A stretch of DNA of 46,017 bases from Verrucomicrobiia bacterium (GTDB taxonomy: Bacteria; Chloroflexota; Limnocylindria; Limnocylindrales; CSP1-4). Position numbers and translations under genes: made by a program. Positions 8,529 through 15,812 of this stretch are shown one piece after another; position 1 is the first letter of the stretch, and the number at the start of each line of letters is the position of its first letter. The stretch spans positions 1 to 46,017 of the forward strand of contig DATLVO010000333.1 in assembly GCA_035577485.1 (NCBI GenBank), in the 5' to 3' direction. The notes beneath the pieces are model-generated. The model did no database searches and was not told the DNA's origin. It saw only the letters and a list, made by a program, of their open reading frames with translations.

Positions 8529-9151
8529 GACGGCACCGCTCGCGCCGCCTCGACGCGGCGCGCGAGCGCTGCGGCGCGGCGCCGCCACTTCTTGAGGATC
8601 GTCTCGGCGCGCCGGCAGCGCGTGACCGCGCGCCGCAGCATCGCCTGCGCGTGCGCGACCCGCTTGTCGAGAGAGAAGCCGGCCGCGAGCTGGCGGTCGA
8701 CGAGACCGCCCGGCAGGGTCACACCGCCACTCGCGGCCGGCTGTTTGAGTTGTTCGGGGGCCGCGGCGGCGGGACGCGGCGCGTCCTTGAGCCGGCCGTC
8801 GAGCCAGCCGCGCCGCACGAGCCGGAGCTCCAGGCGGGCGTGCTCCTTGCTGTGCGGCGTTGTCGTCGGGTCGCGCACGCGCTGGAACAAGTGCGACAGG
8901 TCGTGCGTGAGCTCGTTCCAGCCGAGCTCGGGGTTGACGCGGAGCTCGCCGTCGTAGATCCACGTGCGGCGGTTGCCGCTGGTCTCGACGACGCGGAGCC
9001 GGAGCGTGCTGCCGAGCGCGTAGCGCCACAGGAGGCGCGCAGCGCGCGCCGCCTCGGGGAACGTGAGCGCCGGCAAGTGGTGGCACTTCGCCACCGGGTC
9101 GTAGCCCGGCCACGCCTCGTTGACGCGCTGATACCAGTCGCGGCGGTTCAC
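8525..9151 (-). CDS. Hypothetical protein (208 aa) with basic helical C-terminus
   Basis: Track ORF 8525..9589 trimmed. GTG at 9151 overlaps the upstream stop. Reads VNRRDWYQRVNEAWPGYDP..ELTHDLSHLF.. with a C-terminal R/K/A-rich helix. Confidence 0.55.
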   Translation of the reverse strand: MNRRDWYQRVNEAWPGYDPVAKCHHLPALTFPEAARAARLLWRYALGSTLRLRVVETSGNRRTWIYDGELRVNPELGWNELTHDLSHLFQRVRDPTTTPHSKEHARLELRLVRRGWLDGRLKDAPRPAAAAPEQLKQPAASGGVTLPGGLVDRQLAAGFSLDKRVAHAQAMLRRAVTRCRRAETILKKWRRRAAALARRVEAARAVPS

Positions 9152-9582
9152 GGGTGCACCGCCCGGGCCACCGCGCCCGTCCGACTGATCGACGCGACGT
9201 GGCCGTTCCAGCACCGGCGCGTCGCGAGGGTGCTCGGCGTCTCCGGCGTGTACTCGTCGACGAGCGGAGCGCCGCAGGCCGGGCACGGGAGCCACGCGGC
9301 GCGCTCGCGCCCGCAGATCGGGCCGGTCTCGCCGGTGAGCATGCGCTCGTCGCTGAGGCGGACGCCGCGTCCGTACCACGTCGGCTCGGCGACCTCGACG
9401 ACCTCGACGACCTCGATCGCGTGCGGTGGCCGGACGAGCGTCACGAGGTCGAGCCGTCGACCGCTCGGGGTCACAGCCCAGCCCGCCTGGACGTGGTTGC
9501 CGGCGAGGATGAGCGCGCGCCGCGCGTCCGTCGTGAGCAGGACGACGTGCGTCGGCGGCGCGGGTGGGCGCGGCTGGCTCAC
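9148..9582 (-). CDS. Hypothetical protein (144 aa) with C-terminal zinc-ribbon-like Cys/His cluster
   Basis: Track ORF 9148..9693 trimmed. GTG at 9582 overlaps the upstream stop. Cys/His cluster: GPICGRERAAWLPCPACG...RRCWNGH. Confidence 0.5.
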   Translation of the reverse strand: MSQPRPPAPPTHVVLLTTDARRALILAGNHVQAGWAVTPSGRRLDLVTLVRPPHAIEVVEVVEVAEPTWYGRGVRLSDERMLTGETGPICGRERAAWLPCPACGAPLVDEYTPETPSTLATRRCWNGHVASISRTGAVARAVHP

Positions 9583-9785
9583 GGCGCACCTCCCGCCTGC
9601 ACGCGCTTGGCGACCGAGCGGTGCATCGGGCAGAAGTAGAACCAGCGCGAGTCGGTCGAGCGCCGCACGCGGATCGGCGCGCGGCGGCGGCATAGGTAGG
9701 GCGCGGCGACCGAGGTGCGGATCAGGGCGCAGCAGAACGGCATCGACGGCTGCCAGCCCGCGCGCGGCTTGTCGGGGGCGCTCAC
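9579..9785 (-). CDS. Small Cys-rich protein (68 aa)
   Basis: Track ORF 9579..9971 trimmed. GTG at 9785 overlaps the upstream stop. Contains MPFCCALIR..YLCRRR..WFYFCPMH. Confidence 0.4.
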   Translation of the reverse strand: MSAPDKPRAGWQPSMPFCCALIRTSVAAPYLCRRRAPIRVRRSTDSRWFYFCPMHRSVAKRVQAGGAP

Positions 9786-9994
9786 GAGCCGCCTCCGACC
9801 GCGTAGACGGCGCCGCTGTCGGTCTCGATGTAGTCGCGGGCCCAGACGAACCGGCGCTGGAGCTCCGCGCGGACCCGCTTCGCCTCCCTCCGCGCCTGCT
9901 CGTGCTCGTAGTCGGTGCGCAGCTTCGCAGGGTTCGTCAGGGAGTTCAGCTGCGCGCAGAGCGCGCTGCACTCGAGGTTACTGCGCGTCTTCAC
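9782..9994 (-). CDS. Hypothetical protein (70 aa)
   Basis: Track ORF. The start at 9994 overlaps the upstream stop (GTGA). Charged helical composition. Confidence 0.5.
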   Translation of the reverse strand: MKTRSNLECSALCAQLNSLTNPAKLRTDYEHEQARREAKRVRAELQRRFVWARDYIETDSGAVYAVGGGS

Positions 9995-10263
9995 GGTGCC
10001 CCCAGCGCCATGCCGTTCGTGACGCAGACGCCGGACACCGAGATGGCGCCGGCGCGGTGCTCCGTGTGGCGGTTGACGACCGCGACGGGCAGGAACCCGT
10101 CGTCGAGCTCGACGACCATCGCGAGGACGCCGTCGAGCAGGCCGCAGGCACGGTCGAGCTTGCGCTGCGCGGCGGCGTGCGTGCGGCAGGCGCGGGCGGC
10201 GGGAAAGAGCGCGCGGACCTGCGCGTTCTTGGAGGGAGTGGACTTGATGCTAGGTGTGACCAT
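9991..10263 (-). CDS. Hypothetical protein (90 aa), first gene of six-gene cassette
   Basis: Track ORF with ATG at 10263, directly bordering the divergent intergenic region. Confidence 0.5.
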   Translation of the reverse strand: MVTPSIKSTPSKNAQVRALFPAARACRTHAAAQRKLDRACGLLDGVLAMVVELDDGFLPVAVVNRHTEHRAGAISVSGVCVTNGMALGAP

Positions 10264-10347
10264 GGGGGAGACAGTAGCGGGCGCCCGGGAGGATGCTACC
10301 CCCTGCTACCTCTTTTTTTCCACCCACCCAGAGAAAACTGCTACCTA
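10264..10347. promoter_or_regulatory. Divergent control region with clustered GCTAC(C) boxes and a T7 tract
   Basis: TGCTACC occurs at 10294-10300, 10304-10310, 10339-10345 and 10349-10355. An inverted GTAGC lies at 10274-10278 and a TTTTTTT run at 10313-10319. On the minus strand GGTAGCAT (box 10293-10298) lies 29 nt upstream of the ATG at 10263. Confidence 0.5.
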
Positions 10348-10824
10348 GTGCTACCTAGGACGGCCCCGACCTGGTATGAGACCACCAGCTCGATCTTCTA
10401 CCTCCCGCCCGCCTTCGTCGCGAGCCACCCCGCAGTCGCGGAGTGGTTCGCGGCGCAGGGGTACGAGGTAGGCGACGACCCCGGCATGTTCCTATACTTC
10501 GAGTGCCCGTGGGGCGGAGCCAGCGACGTCCGCTCGCTCTGCGGCCTATCCGACGACAAATACGACACGCCGACGCCGGACTTCGCGCAATTCCCTGGCT
10601 TCTGCTTCGCGCACGAGTGCGGGGCGATCTGCGAGACCGGAGCGGACTGCCTCGTGTTCGACGGCACGGAGGGCGCGCAGTGCGACGGCGATAACTGGCG
10701 CCAACCGCTGATGACCTGCGGACTCGACGGCGAGCCGCTGCCGGGCGAGCGCGAGCGCGTCGCCGAGTACTGCCACGTAGCGCGCCGCGTCGCGGATCTC
10801 ATCGGCGCGGGAGGCGCGACGTGA
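10348..10824 (+). CDS. Cys-rich hypothetical protein (about 158 aa; start uncertain)
   Basis: C-terminal part of track ORF 9715..10824. GC3 is high from about 10348 (GTG); an alternative ATG lies at 10486. Reads ..FECPWGG..FCFAHECGAICETGADCLVFDGTEGAQCDGDNW.. Confidence 0.5.
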   Translation: MLPRTAPTWYETTSSIFYLPPAFVASHPAVAEWFAAQGYEVGDDPGMFLYFECPWGGASDVRSLCGLSDDKYDTPTPDFAQFPGFCFAHECGAICETGADCLVFDGTEGAQCDGDNWRQPLMTCGLDGEPLPGERERVAEYCHVARRVADLIGAGGAT

Positions 10825-11051
10825 GCCGCGTGGTCAGCCGCGACCCGTTCGCGCGCACGGAGCTCGTCCGCAGGACCGTCCTGCTGCCCACGCGTGGTTC
10901 TCACCCGCACGGGCGCACGTGCGCGTGGTGCGGCGGGACCTCGGCGCGCAGGCGGCTGTTCTGCTACGAGGTCTGGCACGACGGCGGCCGCACGGACGCG
11001 ATCCCCGGCTACTTCTGCTCGGTCGGCTGCATGCGGAGCTACCACCAGTGA
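10821..11051 (+). CDS. Small zinc-finger-like protein (76 aa)
   Basis: Track ORF. The GTG overlaps the upstream stop. TCAWCGG...FCSVGCMRSY gives a CxxC plus FCS-type Cys pattern. Confidence 0.55.
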   Translation: MSRVVSRDPFARTELVRRTVLLPTRGSHPHGRTCAWCGGTSARRRLFCYEVWHDGGRTDAIPGYFCSVGCMRSYHQ

Positions 11052-11287
11052 GGCTCGCCCCGTGCCGCGTCTGCGGCCGCGCGCCCGAGTTCGACGCGTC
11101 CGAGTACGACACGCGTACCGCGGGCTGCCGCGCGGTGGTCCGCCTCTCGTGCTTCGCCAGCCCGGAGGACTTCGACCCGGACGACTCCCCGCTGCCCGTG
11201 CACGACGTCGCGGTCCACGCGCGGAACCGGACGCGGGCCGCGGAGCTCTGGAACCGCGCGTTCGGCGGTAAGCTGGAGCGGCCATGA
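11048..11287 (+). CDS. Small Cys protein, possibly Lar-like restriction alleviation protein (79 aa)
   Basis: Trimmed from track ORF 10919..11287. GTG at 11048 overlaps the upstream stop. LAPCRVCG near the N-terminus and AAELWNRAFG near the C-terminus resemble the Lar-family pattern as I recall it. Weak call. Confidence 0.35.
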   Translation: MRLAPCRVCGRAPEFDASEYDTRTAGCRAVVRLSCFASPEDFDPDDSPLPVHDVAVHARNRTRAAELWNRAFGGKLERP

Positions 11288-11715
11288 GCCGGAACTGGGC
11301 GATCTTCTCCCGCGAGGACATCCCGGACTCGCTCCACCCCGAGCGTACCTACCTCACCCGCTGGCGGCTGCTGCAGACGCCGTGGTTCGGGGTCTACCTG
11401 CACGCGATCCGCGAGCCCGACCGCGACCGGCACATGCACGACCACCCGTGGTCGTTCGTGTCCGTGGTGCTGCGCGGCGGCTACCTCGAGGAGCGCCCGG
11501 ACGGGCGCACCGGGCGCCGGCGCGCCGGCTCGGTGTGCCTGCGCCGCGCCGAGGACCTCCACCGCGTCGCGCTGCTCGCGCGCCGGCCGACGTGGACGCT
11601 CGTCCTCGCCGGCTGGCGCCGGCGGTCGTGGGGGTTCGACGTCGACGGGCTCTGGGTCGGGCACCGCGAGTACTTCGCCTCGCGCTACCTGCCACGCTTC
11701 GGGGCCCGCCGGTGA
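11284..11715 (+). CDS. Conserved phage protein with HDHPW motif (cupin-like?), 143 aa
   Basis: Track ORF. The ATG overlaps the upstream stop (ATGA). YLHAIREPDRDRHMHDHPWSFVSVVLRGGYLE is a motif I recognise from phage hypothetical proteins. Function unknown. Confidence 0.55.
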   Translation: MSRNWAIFSREDIPDSLHPERTYLTRWRLLQTPWFGVYLHAIREPDRDRHMHDHPWSFVSVVLRGGYLEERPDGRTGRRRAGSVCLRRAEDLHRVALLARRPTWTLVLAGWRRRSWGFDVDGLWVGHREYFASRYLPRFGARR

Positions 11716-12029
11716 TGCCCCGCGAGCGACCCGGCCTCGACTGGCGCCGCTACACGCCGACCATCGGGCCGCGCGTCGGCGACCGCGTGTTCGTCCGCGT
11801 GCGGTGGGGCAACGCCGGCGTGCGCCTCGAGCCGAACTACCTACGCGTGTTCGGGACCGTGCTCCAGGTCAACGGAGCCGGCCTGTGCTGCGTGCGCTGG
11901 GACGCCAGCCCGCTGTCGGCGCCGGCGCGGGCCCGCGCGATCGCCTCGGCGGACGGCGGTGACGCGTCGGGGTGCTGCATCGACTGGCGCAAGCTCTGGT
12001 CGCGCCGCCGGCGCTACTTCGACCGCTAG
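11715..12029 (+). CDS. Hypothetical protein (104 aa)
   Basis: Trimmed from track ORF 11382..12029. ATG at 11715 overlaps the upstream TGA (TGATG). Reads MPRERPGLDWRRYTPTIGPRVGDRVFVRVRWG.. Confidence 0.5.
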   Translation: MPRERPGLDWRRYTPTIGPRVGDRVFVRVRWGNAGVRLEPNYLRVFGTVLQVNGAGLCCVRWDASPLSAPARARAIASADGGDASGCCIDWRKLWSRRRRYFDR

Positions 12030-12370
12030 CCGACCTTCGCCGGCGGCGTCGCGGATGCCGCGGAGCGCGCAGCGGCGCGACCCCACTTCACGACTCGGTG
12101 TATGTGACGCGCGCCGCGCACGACGCGCGACGCCGGGCGGACGAGCTCGCCGGCGAGCGCCGCAGCGCCGACCTTCACGGCCGGCGGAATGTTGAAGAAC
12201 ACCGCGCCGAGCCAGCGCCAGATCGACTCGTCGACCTGCTGCGCGAGCTGCCCGGCCTCGGGCGTGCCGGCCGCCGGGGCGACGCCGGAGATCGCCGGGG
12301 TAAGCAGGCCGCAGCCGGCGAGCGCGAGCAGGGCCAGGGACGCCACGACGAGGACCGCGAGGGTTCGCAT
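12026..12370 (-). CDS. Lipoprotein (114 aa)
   Basis: Trimmed from track ORF 12026..12619 to the ATG at 12370. MRTLAVLVVASLALLALAGCG is a signal peptide with the lipobox L-A-G-C. Confidence 0.65.
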   Translation of the reverse strand: MRTLAVLVVASLALLALAGCGLLTPAISGVAPAAGTPEAGQLAQQVDESIWRWLGAVFFNIPPAVKVGAAALAGELVRPASRVVRGARHIHRVVKWGRAAARSAASATPPAKVG

Positions 12371-12382
12371 GGGCGTGGTAGC

Positions 12383-12736
12383 ATGCCGCGCGTGCCGACA
12401 CTCCGCGAGCTCGACGCGCGCTTCTTGAAACTGCTCGACCCGGCCGGCGAGTCGTGGCGGTGGGAGGGTGTCGAGCTCGCCGACTCCGACGGCGTGCTGT
12501 TCCTGTGCCCGAAGTGCTTCGCCGAGAACGCGGGGCCGGTCGGGACGCACTCGATCGTGTGCTGGTGGCGACACGTGCCGCAGAGCGTCTACCCGGTGCC
12601 GGGCCGCTGGAAGCCGCAAGGCACGGGCCTCGACGACCTGACCTTCGCGCCCGGCGTCCCGGCGCTACCCGTCTCCGTGCTGCTCAAGAGCGGCTGCGGC
12701 TGGCACGGGTTCGTGCGCGACGGCCGCGCCGACTAG
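12383..12736 (+). CDS. Zinc-binding phage protein, DUF6527-like (117 aa)
   Basis: Trimmed from track ORF 11972..12736 to the ATG at 12383. The pattern LFLCPKC..HSIVCWW..PGRW..GTGLDDLTF..GCGWHGFVRDG matches my recollection of the family. The gene is only 12 nt from the divergent lipoprotein gene. Confidence 0.5.
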   Translation: MPRVPTLRELDARFLKLLDPAGESWRWEGVELADSDGVLFLCPKCFAENAGPVGTHSIVCWWRHVPQSVYPVPGRWKPQGTGLDDLTFAPGVPALPVSVLLKSGCGWHGFVRDGRAD

Positions 12737-14350
12737 CTACGGCCCCTCGACGCGAGGGCGGGCGGGCTCCTCGCGGTCGTCAGGGTGGAGCTCGGCCGAG
12801 TCGCGCGGGCGCGGCAGGCGCGCGTCGGGCGCGACCTGCGCACCCCACGGGTGCGACTCGAGCCACGCCCACGCGCCGCTCATCGCGTCGACCTCGTCGA
12901 CGGTCGCGCCGTCGGGGAACCCCTCGACGACGTCGAGGAACTCCTGCGTCCACGCGCCGGCGTAGAGCCGCAGGCCGTCGCGCTGCTGCACGAGCGGCAG
13001 GTCGGCGTCGGCGCCCCACCACGGCTCGCCGGTGCGGGGGCACTCGCCGCGGCGCTGGTGCCCGCGCTCGAGGCAGGCGGCCACCGGGTCGGCGCGGCCG
13101 ACCTTCGCGCGCATCGACTCGGAGCCGAGCACGACGATGCGACGCTCGGCCTCGCCGCGGCCGGCGCGCGCGGTGTCGCGCGGCCGCGCACCGACGCAGC
13201 GGTAGCCGCGCGCGCGGAGCCGCTCGGCGAGCGAGTCGAACTGCGCCACGCCGCCGCTGCCGCCCTCGATCTCGACGCCGACGGTCACCGCCCGCCCGTC
13301 GATCTCCGCCTGCCGGACGATCGCCGCGTCGCGCGCGCCGGGCGTGAGCCGGAACGCCGCGCAGTGCCGCACGGCGCGGACGCCGGTGCGGAAGCGGACC
13401 ATCAGCACGCCGGCGGTGCGGGCCGCCGACTCCTTCTCCGACGCGGCGAGGTCCCACCAGCGCACGGCGACGTGGCCGCCGGGCGGCGGCGCGTCGGCGA
13501 CCGGGTCGAGCAGCGGCCCGAACCACTCGGCGCGGAAGTAGTCGCCGGGCTCGCGCGCGCGCCAGTCGCCGTCGCGGAGCTGCTGCCGCCGCGTCGGGTG
13601 GAGCCGCATGAGCGACTTCTCGTAGGCGGCGCGGTCGATGTACGGGTTGTCGTCGAGGCGCGCGGGGACGTAGGTGCCGACGGGCGGAGTCCTAACACCT
13701 GACGACGGGTTGACCCGGCCCGTCACGAAGCGGTCGCGGACCCACGCGTGGCCCGGGCCGCCGGGGTTCGACGCGGAGAGCGCGCGCAGCGGCACGGCGG
13801 AGCCCGCGGGGCGGCGCACGCGCGAGAGGCTGACGAACTCGTACTGCAGCGGGTCGTCCCAGTGCGTGAGCTCGTCCCAGCACGCGAGCTGGAATGCCGC
13901 GCCCTGGTACTGGAGCTCGTCGCGCGCGTGGTCGAGGTAGCCGACCTTCACGCGCGCGCCGCTCGGGAACGCGAACACCTTGTTCGAGCCGTCCCACTCC
14001 ACGCCGCGCGGGACCCACCAGCGCAGCGCGCGGTCCATCAGCGCGTCGGGCTGCGCGAGCTCCGTGTAGGTGCGCCTTAGCATCAGGCCGCTGAACTCGC
14101 CGTGCCGCCACGCGTACTGCGCCGCGGCCATGAGCAGCGCGTCGGACTTGCCGCCGCCAGCCGCGCCGCCGTAGAGCGCCTCGAGGATCGCCTCGGGGTC
14201 GGCCGCGCGGAGCCCGAGGAACCGCGCCTGCGGCAGCGTCGGCCAGTGCGGGATGAACGGGTTGCCGGCGACCTCGGGGCAGGCGCGGTCGAACGCTGCG
14301 AGCATGCGCGCGCGGAACTCGGCCTCGGCCGCGGCGCGGGCCTCGCTCAC
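12737..14350 (-). CDS. terL: Terminase large subunit
   Basis: Track ORF 12737..14791 trimmed. GTG at 14350 overlaps the terS stop. Walker A YGGAAGGGKSD and Walker B-like LACWDELTHW are present. Length is 537 aa, typical of the family. Confidence 0.85.
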   Translation of the reverse strand: MSEARAAAEAEFRARMLAAFDRACPEVAGNPFIPHWPTLPQARFLGLRAADPEAILEALYGGAAGGGKSDALLMAAAQYAWRHGEFSGLMLRRTYTELAQPDALMDRALRWWVPRGVEWDGSNKVFAFPSGARVKVGYLDHARDELQYQGAAFQLACWDELTHWDDPLQYEFVSLSRVRRPAGSAVPLRALSASNPGGPGHAWVRDRFVTGRVNPSSGVRTPPVGTYVPARLDDNPYIDRAAYEKSLMRLHPTRRQQLRDGDWRAREPGDYFRAEWFGPLLDPVADAPPPGGHVAVRWWDLAASEKESAARTAGVLMVRFRTGVRAVRHCAAFRLTPGARDAAIVRQAEIDGRAVTVGVEIEGGSGGVAQFDSLAERLRARGYRCVGARPRDTARAGRGEAERRIVVLGSESMRAKVGRADPVAACLERGHQRRGECPRTGEPWWGADADLPLVQQRDGLRLYAGAWTQEFLDVVEGFPDGATVDEVDAMSGAWAWLESHPWGAQVAPDARLPRPRDSAELHPDDREEPARPRVEGP

Positions 14351-14784
14351 CCCAGGAGGCTGCCGAGCTCCGCCGCGTCGGCGCGGCCGGCGCGGTCGGC
14401 GAGCGCGCGCCGCACGGAGTCCGGCACGCCGGCGAGCTCCGCGAGGTAGTGCGCGAGCGTGCTCGAGTCGGGCACCGCGGCGGGGCCGGTGGACACCGAG
14501 CCCTCGTGCGTGACGAGGAGCTCGATCGCCTCGCGGTCGCAGAGGTACTCGAGCACCGCGACGGCGGCGCGGACGTCGCCGCCGCGGGCGCGGGCGATCA
14601 GCGCCGCGAACACCGACCACACGATCGTCTCCGCGTCGGTGCCCGCCTCGGCCGCCTTCTCGCGCACGAGGCGCCGGAGGTTCACGCTGCCGAGGCGGCG
14701 GCCGGGGCCGCCCTTGTACTCGCCCTTGACGAACTGGCCGTTGCGGGTGCTGCGGCCGTCGGGCCCGACCTCGCCGGCAGTCAT
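14347..14784 (-). CDS. terS: Terminase small subunit (putative)
   Basis: 145 aa, directly upstream of and overlapping terL. The N-terminal RNGQFVKGEYKGGPGRRLGS resembles the F-x-K-G-x-S-G-N-P-x-G-R-P motif of many small terminases. Confidence 0.6.
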   Translation of the reverse strand: MTAGEVGPDGRSTRNGQFVKGEYKGGPGRRLGSVNLRRLVREKAAEAGTDAETIVWSVFAALIARARGGDVRAAVAVLEYLCDREAIELLVTHEGSVSTGPAAVPDSSTLAHYLAELAGVPDSVRRALADRAGRADAAELGSLLG

Positions 14785-15446
14785 GCTTCACCCAGCAGCG
14801 CGCGGAGCTCGGGGTGCCGCACGTTCCGCGGCCGGTCTGGCCAGTAGAGCGCCCACCACGCGGCGGTACGCTTCGACACGAGCGGGCTGCCGATCAGCCG
14901 CAGGAACTCCTCGCGGCGCGCCTCGGAGTCGAGGCAGACCATGACGCGGAACTCGGAGCCGTCGAGCGCGGCCTCGTTCTCGGTCTGCGGCATCCCGAGC
15001 CACGCGAGCGCGTGGTCCTTGTCGCGCACCTCGCCGGCGGGCCGCGTGACCATCGCCAGCGCCGCGAGCTGCGCCGCGGCGTCGAGCCCGGTCCCGAGCA
15101 GGTTGCCCTTCTCCTGGATCTCGCGCAGCATCTCGGTCAGCGCGCGGTCGTCGTCGACCGAGAGGTGCGGCATCATGTTGTCGCCCGCGAGGACCTTCAT
15201 CGCGGCGACCGACTCGGGGTCCACGTCGAGCCGCGTCACCGGCGCCTGCGTCCAGCCGAGCCCGCGCGCGGCCTCGACGACGCCGTGGCCGGCGAGGATC
15301 ACGTCGCCGCGCGCGACCACGACGGGCCGATACCACCCGTGCTCGCGCAGCGACGCGGCGATCTGCGCGAGCTGGTCGGCGGGGTGGGTCCGGTAGTTCC
15401 GCGGGTGCGGCCTGAGCTGGGCGAGTGGGACCTGCGAGACGTTCAC
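14781..15446 (-). CDS. ParB-like nuclease domain protein
   Basis: 221 aa. LRPHPRNYRTHPADQLAQIAASLREHGWYRPVVVARGDVILAGHGVVEAARGLG matches the ParBc pattern (hP-x-N-x-R ... G-H-x-R/V). It overlaps the terS start. Confidence 0.8.
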   Translation of the reverse strand: MNVSQVPLAQLRPHPRNYRTHPADQLAQIAASLREHGWYRPVVVARGDVILAGHGVVEAARGLGWTQAPVTRLDVDPESVAAMKVLAGDNMMPHLSVDDDRALTEMLREIQEKGNLLGTGLDAAAQLAALAMVTRPAGEVRDKDHALAWLGMPQTENEAALDGSEFRVMVCLDSEARREEFLRLIGSPLVSKRTAAWWALYWPDRPRNVRHPELRALLGEA

Positions 15447-15458
15447 GACGCCCCGAGC

Positions 15459-15812
15459 CTAGCTCGCGAGGCCCCAGAACGCCAGCAGCGCCCCGATGCG
15501 GTCGGCGCCGAGCGCGCCGGTCTCGGCCCGGTGGACCCAGGTCAGCGACAGCGCGAGCGCCGCGGAGACCGAGCGCATCGTGCAGTCGGCGCGGCGCCGC
15601 GCGAGCCAGCACCGCTCGTGCGGCCTGAGCTCGCTCGCGGCGTCGAGCGCGAGCGGCGCGCCGTCGCCGGCGAGGTCGCGCTCCCAGCGCCGCAGGCGGT
15701 CGACCGAGACGCGGAGCGCGTGCGCGGCCTGGGACTGCGTGATGGCGGCGCGGCGGCGCGAGAGCTCAAGCCGCTCGCCGCGCGTGAGCTCGCCGACGAA
15801 CGAGGGCGTCAC
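15459..15812 (-). CDS. HTH (XRE-like) DNA-binding protein (117 aa)
   Basis: Track ORF 15459..16304 trimmed. GTG at 15812 overlaps the rusA stop. ITQSQAAHALRVSVDRLRRWER is followed by a second HTH-like segment, TMRSVSAALALSLTWVHRAE. Confidence 0.55.
   Translation of the reverse strand: MTPSFVGELTRGERLELSRRRAAITQSQAAHALRVSVDRLRRWERDLAGDGAPLALDAASELRPHERCWLARRRADCTMRSVSAALALSLTWVHRAETGALGADRIGALLAFWGLAS

Noticed and set aside
12737-14791. N-terminal extensions of the track ORFs for terL (to 14791), the secreted protein (to 8256), the helicase (to 19034) and others
   Set aside because: The extensions are poly-Arg/Pro/Ala and overlap the upstream genes. In each case a GTG or ATG that overlaps the upstream stop gives a protein of family-typical length.
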